This document shows, piece after piece, positions 29,629 to 32,277 of a DNA stretch of 32,277 nt. This stretch comes from Folioceros fuciformis. Taxonomy: Eukaryota. Under the pieces are notes generated by a model that did not search any database, was not told the DNA's origin, and saw only the letters and a program-made list of their open reading frames with translations. The translations under genes were made by a program, and so were the position numbers. Location: assembly GCA_049999805.1 (NCBI GenBank), contig JBNGIO010006356.1, positions 145,139 through 177,415 on the forward strand, given 5' to 3'. How positions within the stretch are numbered: the first letter of the stretch is position 1; each line of letters begins with the position of its first letter.

Positions 29629-32277
29629 TTACGCGACCACCAGCTTGTGGGTGTGGCGACAGAAGACATCTCCCTCTCCATGAGAAAAAATGTCTCCCGG
29701 TGGCGACGGGTCCGGGCATGCTGGCACATATCCTTGGTTCTTCATTTCAGAAAGAAGAGTGTTGAGCTTGGCGTAGATGCCTGCAGTCTCGGGATGTTGC
29801 ATATCCCCGACCTTGAACGTATGCACCAGTCCGTCCAAATCTGTCCAACAGCTCTGGCCCGGCTGCTTCCAAGCCCCGCTTTCCAGTCTCCGCTCCTGCA
29901 TCTCCTGCGCCTGCTCCCACATCTGGGCACCACTGTAAATGTTCGACATCAAGACATACGCTGCGGGGTCTTTGGTGTCCAGCTTCAGGGCTTCGTGGAA
30001 AGCGTGGCGTCCCACCTCCACGTTGCCCCATTTCCGACAGGCACTCAGAATGTTGTGCCAGATGGAAGTGTCGGGTGGGACAGGCATTGTTCTCACCAAA
30101 GCTAGGGCTTCGTCCAGGTGGCCGGCACGGCCCAGGAGATCCACCATGCATGAGTAGTGCTCTTCCGTGGGGGTGATGCCGTAGTGCTTGCTCATTGCCT
30201 CGAAGAACTCTCGGCCCCTGCTCACGAGACCTGCATGGCTGCATACTGTGAGGACGCTGAGAAATGTGATGCCCGCGGGTTGCACGCCATCCTCCTTCAT
30301 TCGGCGGAACATGTCGAACACGACTTCACTGTCTCCTTGCCGGGTGTAGCCCGCAATCAGTGAGCTCCAGGTGACCACGTCTCTTCTGGGTAGCGCTTCG
30401 AACACCTGCTGTGCATCAGACATGCTCCCGGACTTACCGTACATGTTTATTAGACTGCCAGCCACAAGGGCGTCGGATTGCAGACCTTGTTCTTTGATGA
30501 GAGCGTGAATCTGCCTTCCCAGATGCAACGCTGCCACGCTTGCACATGCCTGCAGGAGGCACAAGAAAGTAACAGAGTCGGGTTCGGTGACGCCTTCCTC
30601 TTGCATTGCTCTGTAAAGGCACAGGGCCTCGTGCCCCTGGCCCTGTTGGCAGTATCCAGTTAGCATGGCGTTCCAGGACACCACGTTCTTTTCAGCCATC
30701 CCGTCGAAAACTCCCCGGGCATCCTCCAGGCTGCCACACTTGGCATACATGTTCACCAGGCTCCCTCCTACCACCACATCCCCCTGAAACCCTCGCTCTC
30801 TGATCTGCGCATGCAGCTGCTTTCCTTTCTCAAGGGCTGCGGCGCCCACACTCGCACATGCCTGCAGGAGGCACACAAACGTCACCCAGTCCAGTGCAAC
30901 ACTCCCTCCTCCTTCTCCCATAGCATCGTACAGCCCAAGGGCTTCCTCCCCCATGCCCTGCTGGGAGTACCCTGCTATCATGGCCGTCCAGGTAACCACA
31001 TTCTTTTCCGCGAGGCAGTCGAACACCCCCTGCGCCTCCTCCAGGCTCCCACACTTGGCGTACATGGTGACCAGGCTGTTAGCCACAAACACGTCAGTCT
31101 CGAACCCTCGTTCCTTAATCCGCGCGTGAAGCTGCTTCCCCATCTCCAGAGAAGGGCTCCCCACACTGGCACACGCCTGCAGAACTGATACAAAGGTCAC
31201 AGCGTCCGGCGGAATGCTACCTGCCTCCTCCATCCCCCGGTAAACAGCTATGGCCTCCTGCCCCATACCCCGCTGCGAGTACCCGGCCAACATGGCATTC
31301 CAAGTCACCACGTTCTTACGGCCGAGGCTGCGAAACACGTCCCGGGCCCCGTCAATGCTCCCACACCGGGCATACATGTTCACCAGGCTCCCACCCACAA
31401 CCACGTCCCCCTGGAACCCTCGTTCCCGAACCTGCGAATGCAGCTCCCTGCCCTCCTCCAACGCCGCCGCCCCTACAGTCGCACACGCCTGAAGAAGGGA
31501 CACAAACGTCACAGAATTGGGTTCCACCACGCCCTCCTCCTGCATATCCCTGAACAGCCCAAGAGCCTCCCGCCCCATGCCCTTCTGCGCATACCCCGCC
31601 AACATGGCATTCCAAGTCACCACATCCCTCTCCAGCAGCCTGGAAAACAGCTTCTCCGCCTCCTCCAAATCCCCACACTTGGCATACATATCCACCAACC
31701 CGCTGGAAACAAACACATTGGGCTGCAGCTCACTGTCCAGCCAATCCCTGTGCACCTGCCGCCCCGCCGTGAGGTCCCCGCCCCTGGCGCACGCCTGCAG
31801 CGCCGCCACGAACACATGCCCATCCGGCCTCACCCCCGATCCCCGCATCCGCTGGTACAGCCGGATGGCCTCCGCGTCCTCCCCGTGCTTCACGTTGGAC
31901 GAAATCGCTGCCGACCAGGTGAATGCATCCGGCTCCCGGACGCCCGCAAACACGCCCATGGCGTCTTGCAACCTGCCGTGGGCCGCGTACATCCGGATGA
32001 GATGGTTGCACAGCAACGTGTCCTCCTGGAATCCCACCCTCACAGTCAGCGCGTGCACCAGCCGCCCCAGCACCAGGTCCCTCTGCCCCGCACATTTCTT
32101 CAGCACCGCGTACACCAGGGAGTGCGACACCCGGCAATCCCTCTCCACCACGACTCCCAGAGCCTCCACCGCCTCCTCCACGCGCCCCCGCTGGCACAGT
32201 CGGCTCACGGTCCCCTCCGTCACCAACTCCCCATTCACTTCAGCCCCGTCGCCATCGACCACCACGCCCCAGCTGTG
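29629..32277 (-). CDS. PLS-class PPR protein (organellar RNA-editing factor type) with E1/E2 and a truncated DYW (WW-type) domain; 5' end lies beyond the window
   Basis: About 21 motifs in regular P-L-S triplets (VVTWNAMLAGY / VTFVSLLQACA / SLVNMYAKCG), then P2-L2-S2 (HYSCMVDLLGRAG), E1-E2 (AAYVLMSNIY) and PG box WKQPGQSCWTD..VHTFKVGD..HP, ending FCRHTHKLVVA*. The frame is open to the window edge. Confidence 0.95.
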   Translation of the reverse strand, partial: HSWGVVVDGDGAEVNGELVTEGTVSRLCQRGRVEEAVEALGVVVERDCRVSHSLVYAVLKKCAGQRDLVLGRLVHALTVRVGFQEDTLLCNHLIRMYAAHGRLQDAMGVFAGVREPDAFTWSAAISSNVKHGEDAEAIRLYQRMRGSGVRPDGHVFVAALQACARGGDLTAGRQVHRDWLDSELQPNVFVSSGLVDMYAKCGDLEEAEKLFSRLLERDVVTWNAMLAGYAQKGMGREALGLFRDMQEEGVVEPNSVTFVSLLQACATVGAAALEEGRELHSQVRERGFQGDVVVGGSLVNMYARCGSIDGARDVFRSLGRKNVVTWNAMLAGYSQRGMGQEAIAVYRGMEEAGSIPPDAVTFVSVLQACASVGSPSLEMGKQLHARIKERGFETDVFVANSLVTMYAKCGSLEEAQGVFDCLAEKNVVTWTAMIAGYSQQGMGEEALGLYDAMGEGGGSVALDWVTFVCLLQACASVGAAALEKGKQLHAQIRERGFQGDVVVGGSLVNMYAKCGSLEDARGVFDGMAEKNVVSWNAMLTGYCQQGQGHEALCLYRAMQEEGVTEPDSVTFLCLLQACASVAALHLGRQIHALIKEQGLQSDALVAGSLINMYGKSGSMSDAQQVFEALPRRDVVTWSSLIAGYTRQGDSEVVFDMFRRMKEDGVQPAGITFLSVLTVCSHAGLVSRGREFFEAMSKHYGITPTEEHYSCMVDLLGRAGHLDEALALVRTMPVPPDTSIWHNILSACRKWGNVEVGRHAFHEALKLDTKDPAAYVLMSNIYSGAQMWEQAQEMQERRLESGAWKQPGQSCWTDLDGLVHTFKVGDMQHPETAGIYAKLNTLLSEMKNQGYVPACPDPSPPGDIFSHGEGDVFCRHTHKLVVA

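Noticed and set aside
29578..32197. Many alternative-frame and antisense ORFs over the PLS-PPR gene (also 26221-26811 and 23631-24221)
   Set aside because: Shadows of GC-rich real coding sequence.
22162..32277. Functional cluster of RNA-processing genes (RRP6L3 plus two PPRs)
   Set aside because: PPR genes are very numerous in such genomes, so adjacency beyond the head-to-head pair is expected by chance.

Overview
This is eukaryotic, intron-containing land-plant nuclear DNA. Short (mostly ~70-150 nt) introns, tight gene spacing and a PLS-PPR gene with a WW-type PG box suggest a hornwort or other seed-free plant (inference). The first ~7 kb is degenerate transposon-derived sequence: a stop-riddled coiled-coil ORF, a probable Ty1/copia remnant and a 29/31-bp two-unit minisatellite. 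Next come a Wee1/Myt1-family kinase gene (-) and a complete but dead PIF/Harbinger transposon (11186-15535; 15-bp perfect TIRs, TCA target duplication, convergent Myb/SANT and DDE ORFs, nested insertion). These are followed by a VAC14 paralog encoding only the N-terminal ~160 aa (-), casein kinase II beta (-), RRP6-like 3 (-) head-to-head with an intronless P-class PPR gene (+), and a small orphan ORF with predicted N-terminal lipidation (-). The window ends in a 5'-truncated PLS-class PPR gene whose DYW domain is catalytically altered and cut short (-). There are four 100-N scaffold gaps. I found no RNA genes or CRISPR arrays. The best leads are the mini-VAC14, the Myt1-like kinase, the broken DYW:WW editing factor and the orphan protein; none is a demonstrated new system.
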